DNA of 63,360 bases, the filler included, from Folioceros fuciformis (taxonomy: Eukaryota): the NCBI GenBank assembly GCA_049999805.1. It is 8 parts of 8 records of this genome, joined end to end, with 100 filler letters (N's around TTAATTAATTAA, not from the genome) between each part and the next. Parts side by side here need not be neighbours in the genome. Positions count along the whole stretch, not along the records: positions 1 to 28,220 come from JBNGIO010006191.1; positions 28,321 to 35,002 come from JBNGIO010006197.1; 6 more parts are not named here. The stretch is one strand, 5' to 3'. A program made the position numbers and the translations under genes. Below the pieces are notes generated by a model. That model searched no databases. It was given only the letters and a program-made list of their open reading frames with translations, and had not been told where the DNA came from. Shown piece after piece: positions 21,901-33,854 of the stretch; the first letter of the stretch is position 1, and each line of letters begins with the position of its first letter.

Positions 21901-24900
21901 ATGCTCTCCTAGCTCATATTGTCCTGGAGCGTATACCAGATGCTCACGATAGACATCCAGCTCATACTCACCTTTCCCTGAAAAAGCACGGCAGAATGCA
22001 TCTGGGACAATGTTGGTAAACAAACGTCAGAGCAAACCTCTCACTGACAATTATTTCAGATGCTTCAAAATTTAGACCACCTAACGAACCTTTATCGCCC
22101 GGCTTGTAAGCAGGGATGCTCTGAAGCAAACCACCCTCATGCTTGGCTTCGGGTTCAGTAATGACCTGAGGCTCCTGTTTGAAACCTCTTTCCATAGTTG
22201 TAGTACCAGGGTACATAGGTATGATTGACTGTCGTGGAAGTGCCTTAATGAGCTCGTAACACTGCCTACTTCTACTAACCTGCACCTCAGGATCTTGTAA
22301 TGGTCATCAACTGTAGAGGTTCTGACATTACAATAGCAATCACCCAGTAGGAAGAATGTCATATTGTTACCCAATAGAAACGAACAGAGCGAGAAGCATC
22401 CAGGTAAGGGATCCACAAGTTTCCCGGTGGATATTGAGGTCAGCTTCATCTACTTGCTATTGCTTCACAATCTCAATGCTGGCAGGGATGTGATTTGAAT
22501 TCAGAGATGAGGCTTCTGTTTCTGTGGATCCATGTCCATCAACATGCCAAGAAACGAAAATTGTAGCTTAGGTGCACGTCAGGTTAAATGCTGTTGTCAC
22601 TGACATTTGCTATGTTATACACAATGCCACCTTCAGCGGTTATGAATCACACAATCACATTCCATATTTCGTTATTGTGGGCATTAGATGATTTATTCTC
22701 AAGTTCAAATCAAAATATTTATGGGCATTGAATGGCAGCATGCCTGTAACTCCTTATTCATTTATGGCTACTAAGGTTAGGTTTTTCCAGCTTGGGTTCT
22801 TTGAGTTGCATCCTAAGCTGATAGTTCTGCACAGCAGGCAAAGCAGGCTCACCTTTTCTAAATCGTCCTCCGGACTAACACCAGCAGAAGGGCTTATAAT
22901 ACCATTCATCTGTCCTGTCTTAGGAGCCATATCCTTGTCAGAGGTCATAACTCTGTCTTCTCGTTTGCCTCGTGACACAGTGGATTCTTCTGCGAACACA
23001 TTGACATGTAAAAAAAAATTAAAATTATCTAGAGATTCACTAGAAATTCTCTATCAGCGGGATGAGCAGCAGATGAAGATCCGTTATCCAGTGACAAGGT
23101 GCCCAAATTTTGCAACATATGCAATATACCTGAGTTGGGACACTGCAATGATGTTAAGGGGATCACAACGGCAGCTAAGTTGTCCATGCTTCCTAAACCG
23201 AGGGCAGTGTCAACCACTGCTTGGGCTATCTGTTGGTGCACTCCATCCTGCCGTGTTTGCAGAACTGTGTCAAGCTCAGTACTCTTTGAAAGGGCAAGTG
23301 ACTGTGCGCCTTTAACCTCCAGGGTATCCGAGCGCAAGCTATCACTCTTCGAAAAACTCAAAGCAGTTTTTCCTTTTCCAAAGAGCGGCCACGCAGACAC
23401 GGTTTTGACCTCCTGAACAGTCACAGCAAATTCCGGAATCGCTGAAGCTTCACCGTCCACTTCCAAACTCTTGAAGCTCTCCATGGGGAACAATGGAATA
23501 GCAGGCTCTGGTTGGAGGAGTTTCTCTGCTACTGATGATATAGAGCTTCCAGAGGTTACAGCCGAAATAGTACTGCAAACGTCCTGTGGAGTCATCTTCT
23601 CGAAGACTCCATCAGATGCAACAACTATGAAGTTGTCGGTATCTGCTACTCTTTGCCAGCTACTCAGTTCAGGCTCAGCAGTGACCCCAAATCTGCAAAA
23701 AACAATTCCAGGGGTGTTATGTACACACCACAACACAATGCTTCACTGAGAGACGTCGCTGTTTTTCCATCACATGGAAACTGAAAGCAACTAGATTTAC
23801 ACAAACCGTTTCAAAGCAATGTCTCCAATGGCTCGCGTGACTGCCAAGCGTCCATTGACCCTGGGAACACCTCCAGAATTCTCAATAAAACCTCCAGCGG
23901 CCAGAATCCTAATTCTTTCATCCTCCCTGTGTGGACGGTGGTCACTTGTTAGCTCTGTAACACAGGGATGAGCATCTCCTTCTGCACTAACTCCCTGACT
24001 TGGTTTTTTCCGCCTTTGCTTGCGCAAACAGATTCTAGGATCCTCTTGACAATCACCTTTCATCACATGAATGGAAGGAGAACTTCTGTCAGACTTCTTG
24101 CAACCAGAGTGTCCATGACGACTGTGATCACCCTTTAAAATTTGCACTACCTTGTTGCAGGGGTGGTGAGCACGAGCTCGACGAGGAGCAGATTAAAGCT
24201 TTACAGTCTCCAAGGTTCGCTACCAGGAGATGTTTTTCAGCAAGAAGAACGACACAAGCCGTTGACCCACCTTCAAGGCCGTCCCTCCTCGCTCTCTGTT
24301 GTACAGACATGCGTACTTGAGAAGGAACAGTGCAAGGAAAGAATCTCCTACAGGGAAGAGTGCATAGTGTGCTGAGGTATATTTTCACTGTTCAACCTCT
24401 CATCTCAAGCACGTTCCAAGCAGTCAGACTCAAATCCGCTGTAAAGCATGGCCTAAAACTGGACCGGGTAACTTAATAGCTTACATCAGAGAAAATCGCA
24501 TCGATCTCCAGAACGGCCTTCGCTAAAGCTTCTTTCAGTACCGCCCTCAGGAACGAATCTTGCATCTTGCCTGAGGCCATCCAGTTTCTGACATTCTCAC
24601 GAGATTCACCATCCAACTTCTTGGAAGTCTGCAAATCAGATTGGTGTGCACTTTGCTTCGCTGTTGCATCCCACATGGTCTTTGCAACGTCCGAAAAAGG
24701 TACCACATCATCCCCACCAAACAGACCTTCAATTGCAGCTGCCTTTATGTCAAGACATTGGTCTACCAATGAGCTGGAGGAACCATTTTTTCTCCCCTCT
24801 CCACAGAACCAGTCATGGACTTGACCCGACTGTATGTGTTGTCCTGTGATTTCAGCTGGCTGCGAGCAGGTGTCCACGTCGGAGAGACATAAGCTGCTGG

Positions 24901-25587
24901 CCAGGCCACCAACAATAGAGNNNNNNNNNNNNNNNNNNNNNNNNNNNNNNNNNNNNNNNNNNNNNNNNNNNNNNNNNNNNNNNNNNNNNNNNNNNNNNNN
25001 NNNNNNNNNNNNNNNNNNNNCAGCCAGCTCACTGGCTTCGTGCCCGTGATGTCCATCAAAGACTGCAAGCAAACTTATTTGAGGTGAATGCTCCTCATCT
25101 GCACATAGCACAGAGCAGGCAGATAAATCAGAGACGGCACCGAAATTGAATGTCAGAACAGGTACATGCAGCAGGAACAGGGCTAACCGATAAATTGCAG
25201 CTGTATTTCAGGTACACAAACAATCCGGTCCTCCTGGCTGATCCTCCTCCCTTTCAGCAATGCGCTGCCACATCTCCCCCCTCCTGTGGCTCTTCTGCCC
25301 TTTGAGGTCCGCACATAGTCTCTCTTTTTCCACTGGCTTTCATGTTGTCCCAGCATTAGGGTCTTAAAAAGAGTAAGAGCTTTGGTCTCCCGTCCCCTGG
25401 AGCTTCTGTTGAGAATTTCACTCGTCGGTTCTGACAAGTCATGTTGCTGATTCGCAGACGCTTCTTGGCTTTCGTGGGCTGCTCCATGATGCAGGTTTCC
25501 TTTCCTCCAAAACTCCTTCGGAACACACGCAAGGAATAGGACAAGTCCAAATACCAGGACGCCGATTAGAGCCTGCTGCTTATGCAT
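18990..25587 (-). CDS. PP2C-domain + Ser/Thr protein kinase fusion protein with N-terminal hydrophobic segment (PP2C51-like), multi-exon
   Basis: PP2C motifs: [69 protein letters not shown]. Kinase motifs from my translation of spliced exons: [47 protein letters not shown]. The last exon [15 protein letters not shown] ends at TGA 18992-18990. Confidence 0.88.
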
Positions 25588-26096
25588 ATTCCCGTCTCTC
25601 CCATAAACACGCAATTATCATTTTGTGAGAACTTCAATGCAACAAGGCACCAGCCACCCGGATTGAGTGGCCAGCGGTACATCCATGAAAGCCGAACGAC
25701 GGACTATGGATCGCATAGCTCAGTCGACTATAATACACGTCTTCTTCTTCTTCAGCCCGCACTAACCAATTCTGTCACGCCACGACGTGAATGATTCCAC
25801 TACGACGTGCAGTTAGGAGTCCTAAATGTTAGGAGCCCCTCGGAAGGCGGGACACTGTGCCTATTTACCCCGCTGATTTTTAGATCTGTTTCGGCCTGTT
25901 AACAATTGTCTGTTTCAGCAACAGCGGGTTTCCACATCACGCTGGTGCTCTGTACCTAGCTGTGTAGGCTCTCAACCGTGAATTGTCGAAGGACGACATT
26001 TCTCTCGAAGATGCATGGTGAGGCTTGCACTCTATAAGATGGCTGACAGAAAGGTACAGGTAACTTCTGATGGAGTCCTTCAATAATGTGGCTGCC

Positions 26097-26520
26097 TTAT
26101 CGTCTTCCCTGCAAATTCCGATTCCAGATGTTCAAGATGTCCTTGCCAAATCGGATGCTCAGTGCAGCACCGAAGACGGTGTCACTTGCCTCTAGTTGAT
26201 CACACGCCGTGGCCAGCACCAAGTCTTTCCTCTTCCTCGCTGACGCTACCTTCTTGAATTTGATGATGCACTTGCCTGCATCACGGTTAGCTACATCCTC
26301 CCACAGAGGACGGATTCTGTACTTGAACATACGCAGATATACCACCCCTCCCCCACCTTCAACCGTGTTGAATTCCGTCGTGTTCCTTCATGCGGTCCTC
26401 GTTCGGGGTGATATTTCGAACCCCGTGAGTTCATCGGGTGTACCAGCACACAACGCAGTGCTACAGAGGGTGCAACACAATTCGGAAATCCCTGCTCTGC
26501 CGCTTCCCCTCCCGCTCAGC
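26097..26520 (-). pseudogene. nCBP: Processed pseudogene of novel cap-binding protein (nCBP, class II eIF4E)
   Basis: It reads LHPL*HCVVCWYTR*THGVRNITPNEDRMK, then a frameshift, TEFNTVEG, then IRPLWEDVANRDAGKCIIKFKKVASAR..DLVLA..DQL...GAALSIRF..DILNIWNRN. This matches the nCBP consensus, with in-frame stops, a frameshift, a deletion and no introns. Confidence 0.85.
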
Positions 26521-28220
26521 TGCTACGCACAGAATGTATGACAGTGAATGTCTGATACCTGTGTGTGCACAGCAAGGGCTTGTCGTGTACGGTCAAATGG
26601 AGCAGGTGAAGCTCATATTAGCTAGCCGAGGTACCTCTGAAGGCCCGTGCAGTGACTGGTGCGTTGCAGCAGGTCCCTCAGACAGCTGCACTTACAGATA
26701 TTGCTGAAGGAGGACTTCTGGTTGATGTAGTGGTGGAAACCTGCCTGGCGGGCAAGAAGTCAACTGAAAAGCATGAACTCAAAGAATGTACATAGTGACA
26801 TAGACTGCCCATAGATCTGGATATGGTCTGGTAGATGTGACCACGGTTACACGGCACTATTTTTTTTGGTGAGGGTCATTAATCGCAGGGACTAGTCAAC
26901 ATTTTGACCACCTAACCTACCTTGTAGACGATGGAGGCTTACGGCCCTCTCGCATGAAATGACTCCTACAAGTGACAGCGAGCCAGTCTGGGAAGGCCTT
27001 CCAAGATGTGAAGACCTCATCGGCAGATCGAGGGACTCCCTGCCAAAAAATGGAAGCACCTTAACTAACGTCATGTAATTTGAGGTGCCTCGTTCAGAAG
27101 GTGAGCAATGCAAAAAAGCGTCTGCTCAGGTCTCCAAGGTGGTGTAGTCATACACGCGGCAACCCGGGATCGTACCACACGTAATCTGATAATGCTAGTG
27201 TCAATTCCCATCAAATGATACTCGAACAATAGTCCTCAGTGTCGCAGTCAGACCCGTTGTGCAACACTGGCACTGGGATTCGATCAGAAACTCCAGCTCC
27301 CCTCATGACAGGGAGTCCATCACCTAGAGAAACAATATTCCCAGCACCAGAGAGAGGACGCGAGGTCGCTGAAGAATTTTCCAGAGATGTAGTCGCCAGG
27401 GGGAAGACCACGTCGCCTTCCCAAGGCGAATCGCACGGGAGCAGCCCTTCAAGTCTCGCGTTGCAAGCTGGCTGCTGTACAGGCCACGAATCGTGGACAA
27501 AATTCTGTGCTCAGGCCAATCGGGAGTGGACACGAGAAAAAATGTTCCGTGATGCCATGTCAGCAGAATTTCCTCAACCAGGCGTTTGCCTACCTCTGTC
27601 CTTGTCCACGCTCTCTCACATGTGTGCCCAAATCTATTTAGATAAATAAGTTTTAGGGCACTTTTCATGTTCCATAACACCATGTAGGGGCTAAAAAGTG
27701 CTGGTTTTCAAGGGCACTCACCGAGACGAAATGCTGCTCCAAGTGGTGCACCCCAGAACTAGTTCTTTGCCACCGTGAGCATTTCAGAAATAGTTCTTTG
27801 ATGTTACCGCGATCGTAGCTGATCGTCAAGACTACCCGATTCTTGCAGCTATGATGGCCGTTGTGGTCACAATCCCAAGCGCCCAATACACAGCGTCGTA
27901 GTTACATCTATAAGTGAGCTTAGTGCCTACGAAATGTCCACATTTGTGTTCTTCTTCCCCTATGAGAGTGGCAGATGAGGAAGACACCTGTGAACCTTCC
28001 AAAGCTTGGGGTAGTAGTTCGTTTTGGTTGAAAAAGGGTTGATAGTGGTATGGTTTGGTTTTCTTTTTCAACTTATTTTCCCTAATTTTCCTTGATTTTC
28101 TGATCATTTTTCCTATTTTTCTTTGTGCCAATTAGGTTAATTGACCAGGAAATAGTTGGTTTGGTTATAAGAGTGGGTATAGGTTTGGTCCCAGACCTGG
28201 GAAGGTATAGGTTCGGTACC

Positions 28221-28320
28221 NNNNNNNNNNNNNNNNNNNNNNNNNNNNNNNNNNNNNNNNNNNNTTAATTAATTAANNNNNNNNNNNNNNNNNNNNNNNN
28301 NNNNNNNNNNNNNNNNNNNN
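28221..28320. other. Artificial contig linker N44-TTAATTAATTAA-N44 (also 35003-35102, 37577-37676, 47091-47190, 56238-56337, 58784-58883, 61078-61177)
   Basis: An identical 100-nt spacer with a six-frame-stop 12-mer occurs seven times. Confidence 0.95.
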
Positions 28321-28745
28321 TCGCCCCGAACAGCACACATGGTAAGAATGTTCTTAGCCTCATATGTCTGTGTAAGAAGAGTCCAGATCTCTTCAGCCTT
28401 GGTGAGAAAAGCAACATCGGCGAGGAGGGATTCGTCCAGCCCGCTGATTAAGACGGCGCGTGCGACGTAATTCAGGTTCGCCCACTTGTCCTTTTCGTCT
28501 TGTGTAGCAGATGATGCTGGTTCTTTGAGCGTGCCAGTAACAACTCCCCAAACGTGTCGCGCTTGCAGGGCAGCTGTCATGCGCACCTTCCAGCCTTCGA
28601 ATTTCAAGCCATTAAACCTGTCCCTCTCCTTGAATTCAACAGAATAAGAAGGCTGAGGTATGACAGGGACTGCAGGAAGAATGGGAACAGATCCCGCTCC
28701 GCTGCTACTTCCAGCACCGCTTCCCCCTGTGCTTCCAGTTGCCAT
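28321..28745 (-). CDS. gag: Copia gag N-terminus (element A), 3'-partial
   Basis: RFNGLKFEGWKVRM...LWG-like HVWGVVTG, and AEEIWTLLTQTYE, typical of copia gag. Confidence 0.85.
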
Positions 28746-29214
28746 GGCAACCTACTTAGGGAAGAAGGGATCAAGGCGGGTGATCAAGCCGCGCAAGACC
28801 TTCTTCAATAAGTGCTTGGACAAGGAGGATTAGGTTGCTGAAAGTTATGTGCTTGAAATCGTGGTTGTTCTTTCTTACGGTGTATTGTCTCCAGCGAGAC
28901 CTTGTTGGGCACAGAATTCAGGGGTCATCCAACGTGATGGCTGCTGGATCCTGAGCCCAATTGAAGGTCTCGCCAGGGGTAATTACAACGTAGGTTGAGT
29001 GCTCTACAGGCATCTAATGTTGCAGGTCCGAAAGTCGCGACGCTTCAAAGTTGGGGCGTCCATACGACAGAGCACAGCCAGCAAGCGCAACGGCAACGCC
29101 TCTTGGAATCTCAGCAGCTATGATGGGTCACAGATCCCAGCCAGGACTTGGCCGCGCCGAAATTCCAGCAGACGACGTTTCGGATCTGGCGGTGCAGTGA
29201 GACTTGGCCGACTG

Positions 29215-29739
29215 CTACAGCGCCGCCGGCGACTCCTTCGATCTGAACTTCTCGCGATTGGGAGAAAGCATCTGCAGCAAATCTGTGACTGTAGAAGGCG
29301 CTCCTGAATTAGAGGTAAACTCCTGCATCAATTCTGTTAAATCTCGCACTTCCTTCAACAGAGTGGTTTGTATTCGCAAGAAAAGGTCGATTGCTGCCAG
29401 AATTTCTTGATGCCGAGCAATTTGCATCTCACTCTGGCGAGAGAGAGCCGTCAGCAACACTGATTGTGTAGTTGTCAACCTGTCACTGAGCACTCTGTAA
29501 GCCCCATCAATTTCAGGTATGTCTGTTGATCCGAGGTCGAACGCATTCTTTGGCTTGACTTTGGGTTGGCCTAAAACATGCGTACGGCAATTTGATCGAG
29601 AGAGGATGTGTGGGATTCTGTCCTGTCTTGTTCTATAATCCCGAACAGGCCTTACTAACCCCACACGTTCACTGAAATTGGAATGGCTGCAGGGTACAAA
29701 AGTTGGAGGCTCGACCCGAGATCGTCTCCGTCGAGGCAT
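29215..29739 (-). CDS. Extra 174-aa ORF upstream of gag in copia A (Arg-rich N-terminus, helical C-terminus)
   Basis: Open frame MPRRRRSRVEPP...LLKEVRDLTELMQEF between PBS and gag. A positional counterpart exists in element C. Confidence 0.55.
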   Translation of the reverse strand: MPRRRRSRVEPPTFVPCSHSNFSERVGLVRPVRDYRTRQDRIPHILSRSNCRTHVLGQPKVKPKNAFDLGSTDIPEIDGAYRVLSDRLTTTQSVLLTALSRQSEMQIARHQEILAAIDLFLRIQTTLLKEVRDLTELMQEFTSNSGAPSTVTDLLQMLSPNREKFRSKESPAAL

Positions 29740-30007
29740 CTTCAACTTTCATCATCTGCTGCTCTTTCGCAAGCAGATGTGCACAGCGGAATTTCTAGTT
29801 TCTGATATTGTCATGCAAATTGTAAATTGTAACATAGTACTGACGTTGTATCGCAAGGTGGGAGAGAAAATGTAGACACAAATCCAGAAACCACATGATG
29901 TGACTAATGGATTTTGTGTCCGCATCTTCTCTTCGACCCCGCATACATGTTACTATATAGAAATTTTTGCAGACATAAATATCAAAACGTAGATTGCTCT
30001 GATACCA

Positions 30008-30202
30008 TGTTAAACATTAGAGAATCTCACACTACTCACCAAGTTGTGCATAAAGATTGTTCAATTAATATCAACAAAAGTGTTTATATACAAAAACCCT
30101 CCAAGAGTCACGTCTTTTGGGAATAACTAAACTGCTCTTAATAAGTCTGACAGCTGCTATCGTTTAAATGACGGGTAAACCCTAACGGGGTTTCTCCAAA
30201 CA
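30008..30202 (-). repeat. 5' LTR of copia A (195 bp)
   Basis: TG...CA termini, directly abutting the PBS. It starts exactly where copia B RT homology stops. Confidence 0.88.
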
Positions 30203-33200
30203 TACCCACAATCTTCCTGTACATTGTTGGATCTTCAAGTGCTTCACCATCATGAGCACTGAGCTTTAGATTTTGATCCAAAGGAGTCGAGATTGGCTTG
30301 CACTCAACCATACCATACTTAGTTAGTACATCCGACGCATACTTCCGCTGTGACAGCCAAATGCCTGTGTTGGTTCGTATAATTTCAATGCCCAAAAAGA
30401 ACCTCAGTTCACCTAGGTCCGCCATCTTGAACTCTTGTTGTAGAAGTTCCTTGATCTGCTCCACTTGATCCAACTGATTACCTCCAATGATTAGATCATC
30501 CACATAAATGGTCACAAAGACCAGTCGTTTTGTACTTTTGCACACATACAACGAATGATCCGCATCTGCCATGTTGAATCCGATGTGAATCAGATGCTGA
30601 GCAAGATGCTCATGCCAAGCCCTCGGGGCTTGCTTCAGTCTGTACAACGTTTTTTTCAGCTTGCACACATGATTTGGATGATCCAAATCCTCATAACCTG
30701 GTGGCTGGTCCATGTATACTTCTTCCAGCAATTCTCCATGTAAAAACGCATTCTTCACATCCATATGATGTAGGACCCAACCTTTCGATGCCGCTAGTGC
30801 AATCACGGTTCGAATTGTTGCCATTTTGGCAACTGGACTGAACGTCTCCTCAAAATCTATTCCATATGTCTGGGCATATCCCTTGGCCACAAGCCTTGCC
30901 TTGTACCTGTTGATACTACCATCTGCGTTGTGTTTGACCTTGTACACCCATTTGCAACCTATTGGTTTCTTGCCTTCAGGTAGTTGTACTAGGTCCCATG
31001 TTGCATTCTGATTTAACGCATTCATTTCTTCATCCATAGCATGTTCCCACTTTGTGTCTCCAATAGCTTCTTCAAAGCTTCTTGGTTCCACATCCTGTAC
31101 AACCTTTGCCATATAGGCATGGTGCCTAGCTACATAGCTATCATAGGTCAACCGCTGTATTGGAACCTTCTGCCTTCCAGATCTCCGTGGGATTGAACCA
31201 CTTCCAGGGGCTGATTGAACCTCTTTTGCACCAGGTGTTTCGATTTTCGGTACACCGAATTCCTCATCCAAGCTCTGCTCAAATTCGCTTGAATCATCCG
31301 CACCTGCACTTAGGTCTGGTATCTTTGAATCCTGGACTTTTTCCTTCCCTTTGCGAGACACAGCTGTGGAGCTCGTAGGACTCACACTACCTCGCAACCT
31401 GCCACTCCATGGATTCTGAACATTTGTCGAGTTTGATGACGCTTGCGGTCCACTCAACACTTGTGATTGTTGACCTGCATTGCTTGTTACCTCAGTTTCA
31501 AGCACATCAGCTACACTACTTCCTTGTACTTCAAAGTACCAGCTACCCATTTCATCAAAGACTACGTCTCTGCTTACTCTCATAGTCCGTGTACTGGGAT
31601 TGTAGCACCTGTATCCTTTCTGTGTAACAGAATACCCAATGAAGACACACTTTTCTGCTTTTGGATCAAGCTTAGTCCGCAACTCCTCCGGAATATGGAC
31701 ATAAGCAATGCAACCAAATACCTTTAAGTGTGACAAGTCAGGTTTCTTCCCTGTGAACTTCTCCTCCGGTGTTACACTGTGCACCGCTGCTGTGGGAGTT
31801 CTGTTCATGATGTACACTGCTGTGCTTACAGCTTCAGCCCAATAGTAGTGAGGCATCTTCTTCTCTGTCATCAATGCTCTCGCCACTTCTGCTATGTGCC
31901 TGTTCTTGCGCTCTGCAACTCCATTTTGTTGTGGCGTATAACGACATGAGTACTGCCGTTGAATGCCCTGTTCTGATAAGAATTTGCTGAACTCTCTGGA
32001 GAAGTACTCTCCCCCTCCATCAGATCTTAGGCATTTGATGTGCCTACCTGTCTGCTTCTCAACCATCGCCTTGAAAGTATGAAAATGAGTGATCACTTCA
32101 TTTTTTTCTTTCATGAAATAGACCCACACCTTCCTTGTGTGGTCGTCAATGAAGGTCACATAGTACTTGCAGCCTTCGATTGATGCAGTCTGTGTAGGAC
32201 CCCATACATCTGAATGCACAACATCCAACACATATCTGCTGACATGTTTGTCATGGGGGAACGCATTCCTAGGTTGTTTCCCAAGTTGACATGCTTCACA
32301 TATACCTTGCAGTCCATTTTCTGTAAGCTTGGGTATGCCTGTGACAACCTTCTGATGCTGCATGGACTTCAACTTCTGCACATTTACATGTCCAATGCGT
32401 TTGTGCCACATCTCTAGGTCTGTCACTACCCTTGTACCCTTTGCAAACATGGCTGACTTCAGCTTAGGAACCTCCACGTTCAAGGTGAACATCCGTCCAA
32501 CCTTCTGTCCTTGAGCAATCAGGCGACCGCCTTTCTTGCACTCTTCAACAAAGAGTCCTGCAGGTGTAAATCTAACCTGCAGTCCTTGCTCAACCATCTG
32601 CCCAACTGACACCAAGTTCTTTGTGATGTTGGGTACGTGAAGAACATCTACCAGGCACTTCACTTTGCCATCCTGCATCTTCAGAGGTACAGTTCCTGTA
32701 TGCACAATTGCATGTGTTGTGTTATCTCCAGTTTCTACATATCCAGGTTTGTCAAGCACTTGCATTTCTTTGAACCACTCCCCATGGCATGTCATGTGGT
32801 TCGAAGCTCCTGAGTCCACATACCACACAATCTCATCATTGTTGGATCCATTAGCAGACATAGAGTTAAGCATATGCTGCATGACAAACAAGTTTTCTGA
32901 GTCATTCTGACTGCTGCTAGAGGCATAATTGTTCTGCTGCCTCCTGTTGCCTTGATTTCTCCTTGGACAGTCTCTTTCGAAGTGGTCTAACCTACCACAA
33001 GTCCAGCAACCACTATTGTCTGCATTTGCATCATTTTGTTGTTGATTTCCACGTCCTCTTTGACTCCCCCAGCCTCGAGAATTTTCTCCTCTTCCACGTG
33101 TACTCTTGTACTGGGACTCCTGATTCTGTTGTTGATTTTGGTAGGGATTCCGACCTCTACCACCTCTTTGCCCTCTGCCACCTTGGGCTCTACCTCTGCC

Positions 33201-33854
33201 TCTGCCAGAGTAGAAGGCCTGCTCAGAGTTTTCCTTAGGCTTAGAGGATGATTCCTCGCCTAGGTTTTTCTCCTCTATCATCAACATAGAAATCAGGTCT
33301 GAGAAATTGGGAATGTTTTCCCGAGTCTGTATGGAAGTCTTGAACTGCTTGTAGGCAGGTGTTAACCCGCGCAAGCAAACTTCGACCTTGTCATCATCTT
33401 CCACACTGACACCAATGGACGCAAGGGATTCCACTATCCCTTTGATCTTTAACGCGTACTCATTGATTGATAAGTTCTTCTTCATAACTGTGTTGAAGTC
33501 ATTCTTCAACTGCAGTTTTCTCGCCTTCGTGTTAGTCTCATAGAGTTTTACCAACTCATCCCATGCTTCTTTGGGCGACTCTGCATCCTGTATGTGCCCA
33601 ATCATGGTGTCATGAATGCTGATTGACAGCCAATACATGACCTTCCGAGATCCTTGACTCCAATCCTTCAGCGCCTTAATCTGCTCCGCTGTTGCATTCC
33701 GTTCAAGTACTACAGGGGGTTTTTCATACTCCCCCTCAATGTAGTCCCAATAACCCTTTCCCATAAGAAAGTTTGTAAAACGAAACTTCCAGGCATGGAA
33801 GTTGTTTTTGTCCAGCTTCTCCTGTACGATCTGGTTAATACTGTCACTGGCCAT
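30203..33854 (-). CDS. Copia gag-pol polyprotein, truncated after MYRKIVG by insertion
   Basis: Zinc knuckle [14 protein letters not shown], protease [22 protein letters not shown], integrase [40 protein letters not shown] and IYVDD. Confidence 0.93.

Larger units (their letters stand above)
28321..30202 (-). mobile_element. Ty1/copia element A, 5' part (LTR, PBS, extra ORF, gag start), inserted into copia B
   Basis: LTR 30008-30202 (TGTT...AACA), PBS TGGTATCAGAGC at 30007-29996 (tRNA-iMet), gag ATG at 28745 (FNGLKFEGWKVRMTAALQARHVW). Cut by a linker. Confidence 0.9.

Noticed and set aside
28265-28276. Recurrent TTAATTAATTAA motif (7 copies)
   Set aside because: Always centred in exactly 44+44 Ns; it is a synthetic six-frame-stop scaffolding linker, not biology.
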